Under the pieces are notes generated by a model. That model was not told the origin of the DNA, did not search any database, and worked only from the letters and a program-made list of their open reading frames with translations. A program made the position numbers and the translations under genes. 64,000 nucleotides of DNA from Octopus vulgaris (lineage: Eukaryota), in NCBI GenBank assembly GCA_951406725.2, contig OX597825.1, forward strand, positions 42,656,001 to 42,720,000, read 5' to 3'. Positions 13,601 through 25,458 of this stretch are shown one piece after another (within the stretch, counting starts at the first letter, position 1; every line of letters begins with the position of its first letter).

Positions 13601-13902
13601 TGCAAACGCTCTTGCCAAGAAGGCTTTTTGTGGAAATGTTGCCGTTTTCTAATCTTTTCACCACATAGGATCGTTGAGATTTTCGCGGATGCAAAGTATA
13701 GGTGGTTGAGATCTGTGATATCAACATCATTAGCTGAAATTATATCCTTAAGTGCAAGCCGGATTTTACCAATTATTTTCATGTTTTGGTTAGATTTGCG
13801 GATTTTAGGGAGTGTATCACGTTCATCCATACTGGTTTCTTTAATTTTCAGCCATTCAATCATGATTTGACTTTTTAGCTCATGTAGTTCTGTCGGGTCA
13901 AT
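10655..13902 (-). mobile_element. R4/Dong-clade non-LTR retrotransposon (RT + CCHC + restriction-like endonuclease), 5'-truncated, inserted in (TAA)n
   Basis: RT motifs KSPGKD, YRPITCL, WIDYKKAFDS, GIFQGDSLSP, YMDD, YKYLG; CRVC..ETIDHVVSKC; NRPDI..IDMTVP..KLSKY. (TAA)n on both sides fits the known Dong target. Confidence 0.95.
10866..13902 (-). pseudogene. Dong RT-RLE polyprotein with one nonsense codon and one frameshift
   Basis: ORFs 11938-13929 and 10866-11882 join through DTE*(CGA>TGA)LYLPRKE and a +1 A before GGRGLLQL. The MIIII start is microsatellite, not element. Confidence 0.9.
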
Positions 13903-13954
13903 AATTATTATTATTATTATTATTATCATTATTAACCACTACACCATATGCCCA

Positions 13955-14030
13955 TGAGCATATAGTGTAGTGGTCAAGAGTGCAGACTGCTAACCCCAAG
14001 ATTCCGAGTTTGATTCCAAGCAGTGACCTG
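13955..14030 (+). promoter_or_regulatory. tRNA-derived Pol III head (A and B box) of the hammerhead repeat
   Basis: A-box TAGTGTAGTGG at 13963-13973, anticodon-loop-like gactgctaac, B-box gagtttgattcc at 14006-14017. Followed directly by (taa)n and hammerhead copy C. Confidence 0.7.
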
Positions 14031-15527
14031 AATAGTAATAATAATAATAATAATAACATCAAAAATACCTTAGAATGAGAACCCAGGTTCGAAATTTCCC
14101 AAAGACAGCTGATGAAGGCTGGAGGGTACGAGGGGCGTTCAATAAGTAATGCCCCTGACCCACTTCCCATACCAGTAGAGCAACGGAACTTGGCACAGTT
14201 ATTGGTCTTTTTCTACATAGGAACCACTCAGAGTTACGCATTTCTCCCATCGTTCGATTCAGCTCTGAAGACCGTTTTTGTAAAAGACCCCAGCTTGGTC
14301 TCCATCCACAACGTGACTTTAGAAATGAAGGCTGCTTCATCTGGGAAATGCTTTCCTTTCAGAAACAACTTCATGGCTGGGAAGAGGTGAAAATCAGAGG
14401 GTGCAAGGTCAGGAGAGTAGGGGGATGGGGGAGGAGTTCATAGCCGCATGCCTGTGCTTCTGATCTGGCGACACACGAGTTGTGGACCGGAGCGTTGTCC
14501 TGCAGGAGGGGCATGCCTTCGCTGATCTTGCCCCGCCTCTTGATTTTGATAGCTTCTCTTAATTTCCTCAGAAGTGAAGCATAATAGGCTCCTGTAATTG
14601 TGGTACCCTTTGCCAGGAAATCTGTCATCACTACTCCGTCCTGGTCCCAGAAGACTGTGAGCATGACCTTGCCAGTGGAGGGCTGCACCCTTGCCTTCTT
14701 TGGAGGAGGTGAGTCACATGCTTCCACTGCATTGACTGGGCTTTGGTCTCTGGATTATAGTGATGGACCCAGGTTTCATCCTGTGTAATCAGTCTTTTGA
14801 AAAAGTTTGATTCATCTTCTTGGTACGTCTCCAAATTCATCCTCGAGCACTCGACGCGTTCTTGCTTTTGGAAAGGTGTGAGCAACCTGGGAAGCCATCT
14901 GGCAGACACCTTTTGCATATGCAAATGGTCATGAATGATAGTTTCCACTGACCCGGTACTAATCTTGACCTCATGGGCTATTTGGCGAATAGTTATGCGT
15001 CGATCTTCCAAAATGGGAGCCTCAACTTGACGGACAGATGCCTCATCAATGGCAGAAGGGGGTCGACCAGATCTGGAGCTGTTTCCACAGAGTTCCGACC
15101 ATGTTTGAATTCACGATGCCAGCGTTTTACAAGGTCATATAATGGGGCATCATCACCATAAGTTACTTTCATTTCATCAAAAGTCTCCCATGGTGTGCGT
15201 CCTTTCAAATACAAAAACCGGATCACTGCTCGACACTCAACAGGCTCCATTTCACACTTGACTCAGTTCAAACACCTGTAAATCAGAAACCATAGTTAGT
15301 TCAGAGCTGTAATTTGCCACCTAATCTATAGAGATATAAGTAATTGCACATGCAAAATTTCAACTAGATCAAACACCTGAAAGTGGGTCAGAGGCATTAC
15401 TTATTGAACGTCCCTCATATATCAGCCAAAATGTTGTGTTAACAAAAAACAAGATGAGGACAAATATCCGTCAAATGTAAATAATGTAAAATGTACATAA
15501 TTCCTCATCTCTTAAATATAGAACTGC
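14031..15527 (+). mobile_element. Hammerhead-bearing short repeat, copy C, split by a mariner
   Basis: ctgatgaaggctggagggTA [mariner] TAtatcagccaaaatgttgtgtt rejoins to the copy A sequence. Confidence 0.88.
14129..15417 (-). mobile_element. Full-length mariner (DD34D, irritans/Himar-like) with frameshifted transposase
   Basis: ~37-bp TIRs (cgaggggcgttcaataagtaatgcccctgacccactt), TA duplication at 14127-8 and 15418-9, motifs WLPRLL, ITQDETW, LLQDNAPVH, YSPDLAPSDF spread over three frames. Confidence 0.96.
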
Positions 15528-15639
15528 AGTGTTATTACGGTCAACATAATAATTCCTACTTATAAAAGGTGAATTTCATCTGTAGATTAACAATTGCAAG
15601 GTTTTTGCTGAACATTTTCTAGAAGGCAATTTGGTTTCC

Positions 15640-16300
15640 AGCATAACCACAGCACAACAAAGTGTTACTGTTCTCTCAAACATGGAACAATTAAAAGGAC
15701 ATAGATCACACAAAGTTTTTCATAGCCTTTGACAAAGTCTGATACAAGAGATTGCAACATCAATGACTAAGGTGACTTAAGAGCTGCATAAACAAGAGAT
15801 CCACCAAGCAAACAGAGCAGTAAACTTTAGGGAAGTCTACTGATCTGTTACCTATTATGGTATAATTTCAACAATGCATCAAAACTTGGCCAGCTTCTCT
15901 GTTTTCATAGATGATATGGTCGATGTCCATAAAAATAAACAGTACCTCTATCCTGATGACTCCACTCTGTCTATACCAGTTAGATAATCAAATGAAAGTT
16001 ATATTGCAACCAAATTAAATTTATATTATGTCTTGATAAAAAGTTGGAAAGTATATGAAAAGGTAATTTCAAAATCTTATAAACAAAAAGATATTTCTCA
16101 AATATTGAGCTGTAATCTGGAAATTGTAAAGTTACTAGAGAAGCTTGAAATCCTGGGCACATAAGCAGCAAACTGATATGGGCAGAGTTTATCTCCACCA
16201 GTGTTGCCCACATAATTTGAGCCCTATACAAAATCAAAAGTAGAGCATAGAAAGAAGTACAAGATCAAAGCTTTCGCTGCCTATTATGACTCAATGCTCC
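15640..16300 (+). mobile_element. Highly decayed LINE (CR1/Jockey-like) RT remnant
   Basis: Residual AFDKV (gcctttgacaaagtc) and Y(P)DDSTL (tatcctgatgactccactctg) motifs. Confidence 0.45.
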
Positions 16301-16577
16301 AGTCAAATGTATGCAATTTAAAAGAAATGAGCTGAAGATTCTACAAACTTACCATGAACAACTTGCATAAAAAAATGGAGGCTGCTGTAACAACAGTACT
16401 ATATAAAATGGACACAAGAAGCATACCTTGAAAGCTCATTTAACTGACTCTGCAACAAGGCAGATATTTATACAAGAACTAGTATTTTTATCTATACATC
16501 AACACTTCCTTCCTGATGTCAAGGCTACATATTGAATAGGAACTTTCTGAACTCACCTATTAATATATAAAAGTCAA

Positions 16578-16920
16578 ATTTTTCTTGACAAATATATATT
16601 ACAGCTAAATTAAGGGATCATATACTAAATGCTGTACACAAAATATAGAATTCTAATGAATTGAAACTTCTAAGAGAAAGGAAAAATAAAATTGCAACAA
16701 TTGTTAGGAGCTCTTAAGGGAAAGGGGACATAATTTTGATATGAAATTTCTGATCAAAATTATGTTCCTTTCCTTCAAGAGCTCCTAACATTTGCTGCAA
16801 TTTCATCTTTTCTTCCTCTTATAGAGAAATTTCAATTCAATAGAATTCTATATTTTGTATACAACATTTAGTATAACATCTCTTAATTTAGATGTAATAT
16901 ACAATTGTCAAGAAAAACTT
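16578..16920. repeat. Long imperfect palindrome / foldback MITE-like element
   Basis: ~165-bp arms around ~16745, e.g. tgttaggagctctt/aagagctcctaaca, aaaatatagaattcta/tagaattctatatttt, ttttcttgacaa/ttgtcaagaaaa. Confidence 0.85.
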
Positions 16921-17415
16921 GGGATCAAAAGGAATTTAAAGGTTTAGACTTGTTTTATGAAAACATTTGATGTGATTTAAAAAGAAAATCTAGCAATTGT
17001 TGGCTATGGAAAATGACTTTGTTTTTTATCATTTTCTTTAAATTAAGCCAGCAAGTTCTTGATTGCAATCCATGTCATTAACCTAATATGGATTCCTAAG
17101 CAGAACTGTTGTACTTATAAAATTTCTCTCTTTGCGCCTCAACACATGATTTTTATATTTTGTTATAAAGTGCAGTATTTATCATAAAGCATAGTTTCTT
17201 ATTACAAAACAGAATGAGAATAAGTATTAGAAAGAAAACAAAGGAAAATTCACTTGATATGCAGTGGGGGTTCTCATGAAACTATACTGTGATATCCAAA
17301 AATGAGCTTATTCTAACCTGGAATTGATAATCTACCTCAGGCTTGCAGAACTAAGTAATGATGCATTTAGTCATAGTGGATGTATATGCTAGCCTATACT
17401 TCTGATTCAGGCAGT

Positions 17416-17481
17416 AGATGTACACTCATGACTCATTAGACTGATGTAAGATGTACACTCATGACTCATTGGACTGATGTA
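17416..17481. repeat. 33-bp tandem duplication
   Basis: agatgtacactcatgactcatt(a/g)gactgatgta x2. Confidence 0.85.
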
Positions 17482-18070
17482 AGAAGATGCATAATCATGA
17501 TTTAGAGACCAAAGTAAAAAACTCAAAGCTGTCAAAGAAAACACATGAATATGACTCAGAGGGATACATTCATGAATTGATGTTATCAAATTATTTTTAA
17601 GAGGCCACAGATTTAATCTAAATCAAGACAAATTTGAATTCATAAATAGTAGTAAAAATTGAATAGCTTTGAATATCTAATAACTTGCATTCATATTTTT
17701 TTATCCAGTGATTTGTATCACAAAGGAAAATCCATCAGCTTAGACATACATTCTAAGTTACAATTGTTTTTCTCTTAACATGCTTAATTCAGTAATTTAC
17801 TGTTTTGTGTTGAAATTCTACCAATACTGAAATGCTTTCATTCTTTCATGATTTATAATTGCACTGGTAATATATTTGAATTGATTTAATTGTCAGTACC
17901 CTTCTACCATAAAAATTGGTCTCAAGCATATGCAAAAGAAATCATATCTGACAAGAGATAAAGTTTATGTCAGATTTCCTAATATTAATCAGGTGAAAGG
18001 CACATCTGCTTTTTTCAATAACTTTCTCTTTTAGTTAAGTCTAAGCAGACATTACACATTGCTCTTGCAG

Positions 18071-18133
18071 GTTCCCTCTCATGTTGACGAAATTAATGCA
18101 GCTGAAGTAATAAAAGGAGAAAGAGAGTACAAT
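18071..18133 (+). CDS. Candidate internal exon of an unidentified host gene (VPSHVDEINAAEVIKGEREYN)
   Basis: Acceptor ttgctcttgcag, 63-nt open phase 0-0 exon, canonical GTAAGT donor. An in-frame alternative acceptor lies at 18034 (ctttctcttttag). No repeat recognised around it. Confidence 0.5.
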
Positions 18134-19301
18134 GTAAGTGGGCTAGCAATTATGGTTAATTATAGAAGGATCAGAGCTAGAACTGTAAGCTATGATCTAG
18201 TTAAATTTATTGTTGCATTTCAATAAGCACACTTACTTGGCAAGTTGACCATTTTAAACAGCATATTGCCATGCAGTGATCATGAATAAACATGTTTTGT
18301 AAAATGAGGACAATCTGTTCATTGAAGGAATGATGAATTATTTGGATATTACTTACCAACATGATTTATCATTATTCAGTGTTTTAGATTTAAAAAAAAA
18401 AGAATAAAAACTTGAAAATTTATGCAAATACAAATCGATGAAAGTTTAAACTGAAATCAAAAGTAGAAAAGTGAACTTGACTTTCTTTTCTTGTAGCTTT
18501 AAAACCTACTTATTTGTACAAAACTGACATCTTCACTCTAATCTGCTTATATTTTGCATAACAGAAAATAATTTTAGAAGTTTGTTCTAGTTTCTCAGAA
18601 GTAAATGTTTCTTCTCTCAGAAGCCAGTAATACTGATTTCTATTAATTGGATAGGATGAAAAGTATATTGAAGAGATCTGAATAACAAAGGCTGTAGTGA
18701 GGTAAAAAGAAAAGGAAACCCTGAGTGTGAGATGGACTCATAAACTAAAGTTGAAACACAAAACTAGATACTATTCTGAAGCAAGCACAGTTTTTAGAAG
18801 TGCTGGTTGATCAATGACAAAACTATCTAAGTTGAAAAATTTGGGGTATTGCCAAAAACATGCTGGAGTTTTATACTTTTAAGATAGAAATATTTTTATA
18901 AACTAAAATAAATTTATAGTTTGAATTTCTAATTGAAGTAATTAAAGTCACTGATTTGTGAGGCAATGCAACATGTACAGAAAGGAAACATCTGTAATAA
19001 AGTATGTATTAATGAAAAAAACTATCTTCTCTACAAAAGCTTTATTACTCATTGAAGTACTTCATTGAATAAGTATACAATTACAGAGAGTCTAAGTAGA
19101 TATTTGGTATAGTTGATAGATATATAAAATACCCATAAAATCTTTGTCTGAATGCAGAAATTGCAAATAAAATTGAGTTTCTTTATTTTCTTTTAACTGT
19201 ATAAAATTTCAAAGGATGGTTGAAATGATGGAGAAATTGTTGGCATAATTTTTGCCTTGTTTACTCGATGCTGTGTGTGCACGTGCATGTATGTGTATAT
19301 T

Positions 19302-19333
<32 letters not shown>

Positions 19334-19499
19334 TTGTATTTTATTAGTATTGAATTTTTAATTTGTTGGAAAAACCTACTGTTGCTATTCCTACCATTAA
19401 TGTTGCTATTTATATGAAGTATATGGGTGACATGATAAGAGTCCTAATGATGTTGCTAGTGTTCATACATGCTACTACTACGTTTTTTATTGAAGTTTT

Positions 19500-20130
19500 A
19501 TTGAAGGGAGGTCCTACATCCATGGTCTTTGCAGGACCTCTGAGTCTGGTGAAACTGATTAATGTTCCTTTTGAATTTTTGCAAGTTAATGGTTGAAGAG
19601 ACAGGCTGGAGGCATGAGTGCAATATGGACCAGAAGAGAAGTATATGTTGAATGTGCCTGAGTAGAGGTGAGATAAGACCAACCGCCTTCAAGAAGCAGA
19701 GGCAGCATTAGTAATAGCAGAAAGAATAGCCTGAGGAGTTGTCATGTATGTGGGCTAGTGCAGGGGTATGTTGTTGAGTGACTTCATGATGTTCATTTGA
19801 GGCGCCCAATTTTGGGGTGTCATCTTGGATGTGTGAACATATTGTAGGAGTATCATCCCAGATTTAGGAATGATAATCTGTAGTGGATCTCTGAAATAGA
19901 GAGTTAGCAGTTATTGCTGAATGGAACATTTTCTGGTCCTAGAGAGAAAACTTCTCCTTGAAATGTAGCATGTGCTGTATTGATTATGTGTGCTTTCTAG
20001 AAGAGAATTTTGATGCGTATGCTATTCATGAAGGGGGCATGTAAATTGATAATTTCATTTTGCTATATGCAGAGATTGTTTCTGTATTGTTGAAAGAAAT
20101 AAGATTAGTACTGCCAGATGCTGCTGCCAA
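19500..20130 (-). mobile_element. Decayed CR1/Jockey-like LINE 3' fragment
   Basis: C-terminal-like STINLQKFKRNIN and a decayed post-RT region. Confidence 0.45.
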
Positions 20131-20439
20131 ATGTATTTCTAAAACATATTTAACTGAATTTCTTTTCCCATTGTAATACTTGTATCCTAATTGCAATAAT
20201 TTGTTTTTGTTTATATCTGTGTTCTAGTCAATGACGGTTGACATACTAAGAAAATAAAACACTAAAAATTAAGATAGTGACAATAAATTGTAGTAATCAA
20301 GTCATTAGACACCAAACATTCATATCAGTATGAACACAATATGTCCCTGGCTAAGAGATTTAACATAACAGTCAATTGGTATCATAAAGAAACAGAATTT
20401 ATTCCTTTTAAAAGCATACTCAAAACCTCTTATTTTTAT

Positions 20440-20665
20440 TAAGGTGGTGGCTGGCAGAATCATTACAATGCCAATCAAAATGCTTTGTGGCATTTTGCCT
20501 GCCATTATGTTCTGTATTCAAATTCCAAGGTCAACTTTGCTTTCATCTATTTAAGGTCGATAAAATAAGTACCAGTTGAGAACTGAGGTCGATGTAATCG
20601 ACTACCCCCCCCCCCCCAAAGAATTCAGGCTTTGTGCCTATAGTAGAAAGTGTTATTATTATTAT
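20440..20665 (+). mobile_element. tRNA-derived SINE with Nin-like central domain
   Basis: ggtggtggctggcagaatc..gtcaactttgctttcatc..ggtcgataaaataagtaccag. Related copies at 38246, 21590 and 62680. Confidence 0.7.
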
Positions 20666-22819
20666 TTCTCTATACAAACTGAAAGGAAATTGGAATACAA
20701 GCTGTATATTGAGAAGAAAGTGTCTTATAATCGATATGGCATGTTCAAGAAAAGTAAAAGGAAACAGAAGAGTATCATATCACAATGAAATTTCAGAGTC
20801 AATATAATAAAGTACAAGCCAAGTACTCGGGTTCATTTAATCAACCCCTTCTCTCATCCCAAAATGTTTGGAAATACAAAGACAGATTATAAAATCCTAC
20901 CTCCCTGGAGACACAACTGTTAAACAGATATAGTTGCAAATGTTTATTGTTAAATGCAAATATGTGGCATAAATATTTATTTAAATGATAAGAACAGATG
21001 AATTAAAAGAATAACAGCAACCCATCTGGAAAGAGGTGTATGTCCTTATAGAAAAAATGAAATTGAAAGTTCTTCAAAAGATGAATGAAACTGCTAAAGA
21101 AGTCAAAGTGAAAAAACAGTGAAAGAAATATTGTGCTTGTTGAGAGTGAAGTTAGAAAGTATATATTGAACCCTTCTCCTGCACACCGAAAATGATAGAA
21201 TGTTGAGGAAAATCACACCACTACTTTAAATTCAGTCAATGCCAATGATGGCGATGTCAGAATTCAGACAACCCAACTTTCTGTGGGTAAAAGGAAAGGA
21301 TTTATTAAAACTGAAGATGATGAGAGTCATAGAGTATCTTGATAATACCCAATTGATAGCTCCTTACCCATTGGTGGGTGCCTGTTTTGTTTTACTAAAC
21401 TTTTAATGTCATTTGATAAATTATGTTTGGATTTTAATATTTGCTTCCATTTTCATCTTGATTTCAAATCCATTTTCTGTTCATCTTTCCAAAAATACCC
21501 CTCAGAAACTGAAGTTGATGCAATAGGCTTTTCCTTTTCACAAATCAATGCTTTTTGTTTATATTAAATATTATCTCTATTATCATTAAGACTGATAGAT
21601 TTGCAGAGTCATTAAACAGTTGTATAAATTTGTAGTGACATTTATTCTAGCTCTTTATATCCTGAGTTCAAATCCTACTGAGATCAACTTTATCTTTCAT
21701 ATTTCTGGGGTAGTTTATCCCTAATTATGAAACATTAAATAATGATACCCCAACCCAAAAATAGATTGTTTCACAGAAAAATAATAAAAATGTAATTGTG
21801 TAATTTATACAAATACATATAAAACGTTGTGTCAACCATAGCATATTTTTTTAAAATTTGTTTTATATAAAGCAAACATAAGCCCTGTCTGCCAGCTGAG
21901 ATTTTTCTGTAATCTGAAAGAAAATGAGGTTAAAAGGAATTAAAATGAAATGGCTTTGTGATCAAAATTTAAAAAAAGGATTTTTTTTTTTGTTTAATTT
22001 ATTTTGATATATTATTTCAATATTTACAAAAAAAAATCTACAATCTTTCAGTAGAAATAGCATTTCCCTTTCATATTTTCAAAGTAGCATATCCAAACAA
22101 AGCAATAATCTTAGCTAAGAAATCAGATGATTGTTCTAAAACTGACTAAAGGCTATGACAAAAATAATATCTTGTCTATAATTGCTGTTTCTAAATATAT
22201 TCAACTTTAAAAAGTATAAAGCCATCAGTTTGACTAGGGAAATGGAAAATATATATTCTTTGCTGATTAAGATCTTTATCCTTGCTGCAAACATTGCCTG
22301 TAGAAACAAATCTTTATTCTAGGCCATTGTTTTCTATTAAAAAAAATCTTTAAATTTTTTGTTTCAGAAAAGGCTGTTTACACTTCATGTTTAAGACAAA
22401 AACAAAGTGAGAAAACCAAGGTCACACGGATTTAATTATAAAAACTTTACTGGACAAAAATAACTACTACTAATATAAAGTGCAATTTCTTATATAAAAT
22501 TGAAATAAACAGGAAATGTCTCTATCCAAAACATATTGTTCTGAAGTGCATTGTGTATAATGTTGTATTAGGATATAATTTGCTTTTTTATTTTATGTAG
22601 TGCAAAGGGCAACATCTTCATCAGCATTTTTTCATACGAGTGATATCCATTAGGGAGCTGATGATTGGAATACATGTTTGATATACTTTGTGAATCTTGT
22701 ACATCTTGGAGTTTCATTATTCTAAGCTACCTTTCACACTCATAAGGCTGAACTGGTTTTGGGGTGCATGGTTTATGCTAATTACATATGTTGATATTGC
22801 TTGATTGATTTTATTATCA

Positions 22820-23810
22820 TCATCCAGTGTTTTAAATCTGGGTTTTGTCCCTGTTAACAGTGGGGTGGCTGGATCTACCTCAATGCCATAGCAACCACCC
22901 TCACACCATCTCACCATCATGCCTAGTTTTGAGCATCCTCCTTTTTCAAACCAACCCTCCCAATCTCGCCTCCACCTTTTCCTCTGTCTGCCTTGCTTTC
23001 GCACTCCATTTACCTCAAATGCAATCACCCTCCTCAGAACATGCCCATACCACCTCACTCCATTCGCCCTTGCCAACCATTACACCGTTCCTCCAGCCCC
23101 AGCATTCCAATCAAATCCTCAGTCCTCTTATCAAACATTTTCATGCCACACATTTCTCTCACCATTGCTCTCACAGTCCTTCTCAAAATTACCATATCTC
23201 TCTCCCTCAGACTCCATATCCTACTCCCATACAGCATTGCAGCTCTCACACAACCCTCATAGACACTTCATTTCATCTTTAATGAGAACCTTTTCTTATA
23301 TAACAATGCTGGACTTCAGCCAAATCATGCTCTTGCTGTCATAGCTGCTTCACATCTACCACTTACATCCACCAGATAACAAAACTTCCTTCACCAAAAC
23401 TCCCATACCTTGCTATTTCCCAATCACCACAATTTGTACATTCTTCCCTTGACCCCCCAAAATCTTGCACCCTGGCCCCTCCACCTAGCCTCTCGCACAA
23501 AGCACACATTCACCCTCCTCTTCCTCAATTTCTTACATACCTCAGTTCCCCTTCCATGTAGACTCCCCACATTCCAGCTTCCCAAACTTCTCCTCAGGCC
23601 TTCGGCCTTCATTAGGCAAGTAATACTTGCGCAACCCAGTATGAGTGTTTGCACCTTTCTTTTTGAGGTAAGCAGGTGCAGCCCACTCCAACCTTTGGGG
23701 TGGCTGGTGCCCATTCTCCTTTGCTATCACGAGGCTTTCTTGGAACTGGATTTTCTACAGGAAGCATGCCCTTGCTTACCCCCAATCTCGGTTCATAGGC
23801 GTGAGTGGTC
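22820..23810 (-). mobile_element. Internally deleted RTE-clade LINE (APE N-terminus fused to RT C-terminus)
   Basis: GSWNVGSLHGRGTEV..EARWRGQG (APE start) joined near 23380 to VRAAMLYGS..VRWYGHVLRR..GRQRKRW, ending in a (gat)n tail. Confidence 0.8.
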
Positions 23811-24255
23811 CCAAGACCAAGGTCTCTACCACAATTTTTAAGAAATGTGGAAAATTAGCTCAGAAAGGCAGGGAAGCTACTCCCTGAGACCACTTTTAGA
23901 GCCCTCTACCCCATGGATAGTTTTATTCAGTTAGGATATTAGATAATTAAGGGTTCATAGTTTAGGAACATTTCATGTGTGTGTGTGTGTGTGTTTGTTG
24001 TGTGTGTATGTATATCTATATATATAAAACTGAGAATGTGTGTCTGTCTGTCTGTGTGTTTCCCTAAAACTTGAGAACTACACAACCAATTTCATTCAAA
24101 TTTTACACATGCCTTACTTAGGGTCCATGTAGTTTCATGGGCAAAAAATGTTTAACTTCTTGCCTAGAGCGAGCCCACACCAATATCATATCTTCTCCAC
24201 TATTTCAGTATTACGTGTTAAAAGTGAAACAAAAACATCTCATTGTATGTATATG

Positions 24256-24304
<49 letters not shown>

Positions 24305-24491
24305 CAAAATATAAAGTTATATCTTGAGATCGTTAGTGACAACAACGCTCAAAATATATAACAGACTGGAATACTAGTGCTCAAATGAGCTGTATACAAG
24401 AGCACTACAAAATCCACAGAAAGATCAAACACATACATATATTCATTTATATCTACAGAACAGACATAAAGTCTGACGTTTAGAAATATAT

Positions 24492-24884
24492 ACTCTTTAC
24501 TCTTTTACTCTTTTATTTGTTTCAGACTGCAGCCATGCTGGAGCACCGCCTTCTAGTCGAGTAAATCGACCCCAGGACGTATTCTTTGTAAGTCTAGTAC
24601 TTATTCTATCAGTCTCTTTTGCTGAACCGCTAAGTTACACTACCATCGGTTGTCAAGCAATGGTGGGGGGTCAAACACAGACACACAAACATATACATAC
24701 ATATATATATACATATATACGACGGGCTTCTTCCAGTTTCCGTCTACCAAATCCACTCACAAGGCTTTGGTCGGCCCGAGGCTATAGTAGAAGACACTTG
24801 CCCAAGGTGCCACGCAGTGGGAATGAACCCAGAATCATGTGGTTGGTAAGCAAGCTACTTACCACACCGCCACTCCCGCGCCTA
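24492..24884 (-). mobile_element. Octopus-type tRNA-derived SINE with CORE-like domain, nested in Helitron 1
   Basis: Minus strand reads ggcgcgggagtggcggtgtggtaag..ggttcattccc..ggcaccttgggcaagtgtctt..(aaagagta)n tail. Confidence 0.85.
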
Positions 24885-25381
24885 TAGTAATATATAAATA
24901 TATAAACATCATATAAAAATATATTGTACGTATAAGATCCACTCTACGTTCCATAAGAAATTTAGAAATAAAAATTGCAATAAAAGTTAGAGGTAATAAT
25001 AACTATTGAATTAAATATAGTAAATACAGTAGGTAGTAATTAAAATAAAACTAAAGTATGGTAATTATATCGTAATATAACAATTAATAGAAAAAATTGC
25101 AATTAGTATAAAATGTATCAAGGACTTGAACTCGAATATGTGGCTTTGCATGAATGGGAGAAATTAAAAGATGAAAAATTTAATTGAGTGCAAAAGTGAA
25201 TTAGTCCAGATGGAGCTGTGCGCATACCATTTACTATAGCTGCTAGATTGAATTATATGCTTATAAAGTAGCATTCAGTATCTATGAGAATTTTTGGGAG
25301 TACGTAATGTCTGGTCTTTCGCATGTAGCAGGTATGTAATTGTGCATTTGTTTCTGTGTATTATGTGTTGTGTGTAAAAAA

Positions 25382-25458
25382 CATCCTGACGAGGGGAGTG
25401 TCAATTTTAAATATAAGATATGTTTCATATTAATTGGTGTATCTCCGAAACGGAGATG
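25382..25458 (+). ncRNA. Hammerhead-like motif with a defective cleavage triplet
   Basis: catc-CTGACGA-gggga..tctcc-GAAAC-GGA-gatg; U16.1 is missing. Confidence 0.5.

Noticed and set aside
13955-14030. Functional tRNA-Ser gene
   Set aside because: No proper acceptor stem, long variable arm or terminator; it is a SINE-type head.
17416-17481. CRISPR-like repeat or 11-aa coding repeat
   Set aside because: Two adjacent units with no spacer, in eukaryotic context, and no splice support.
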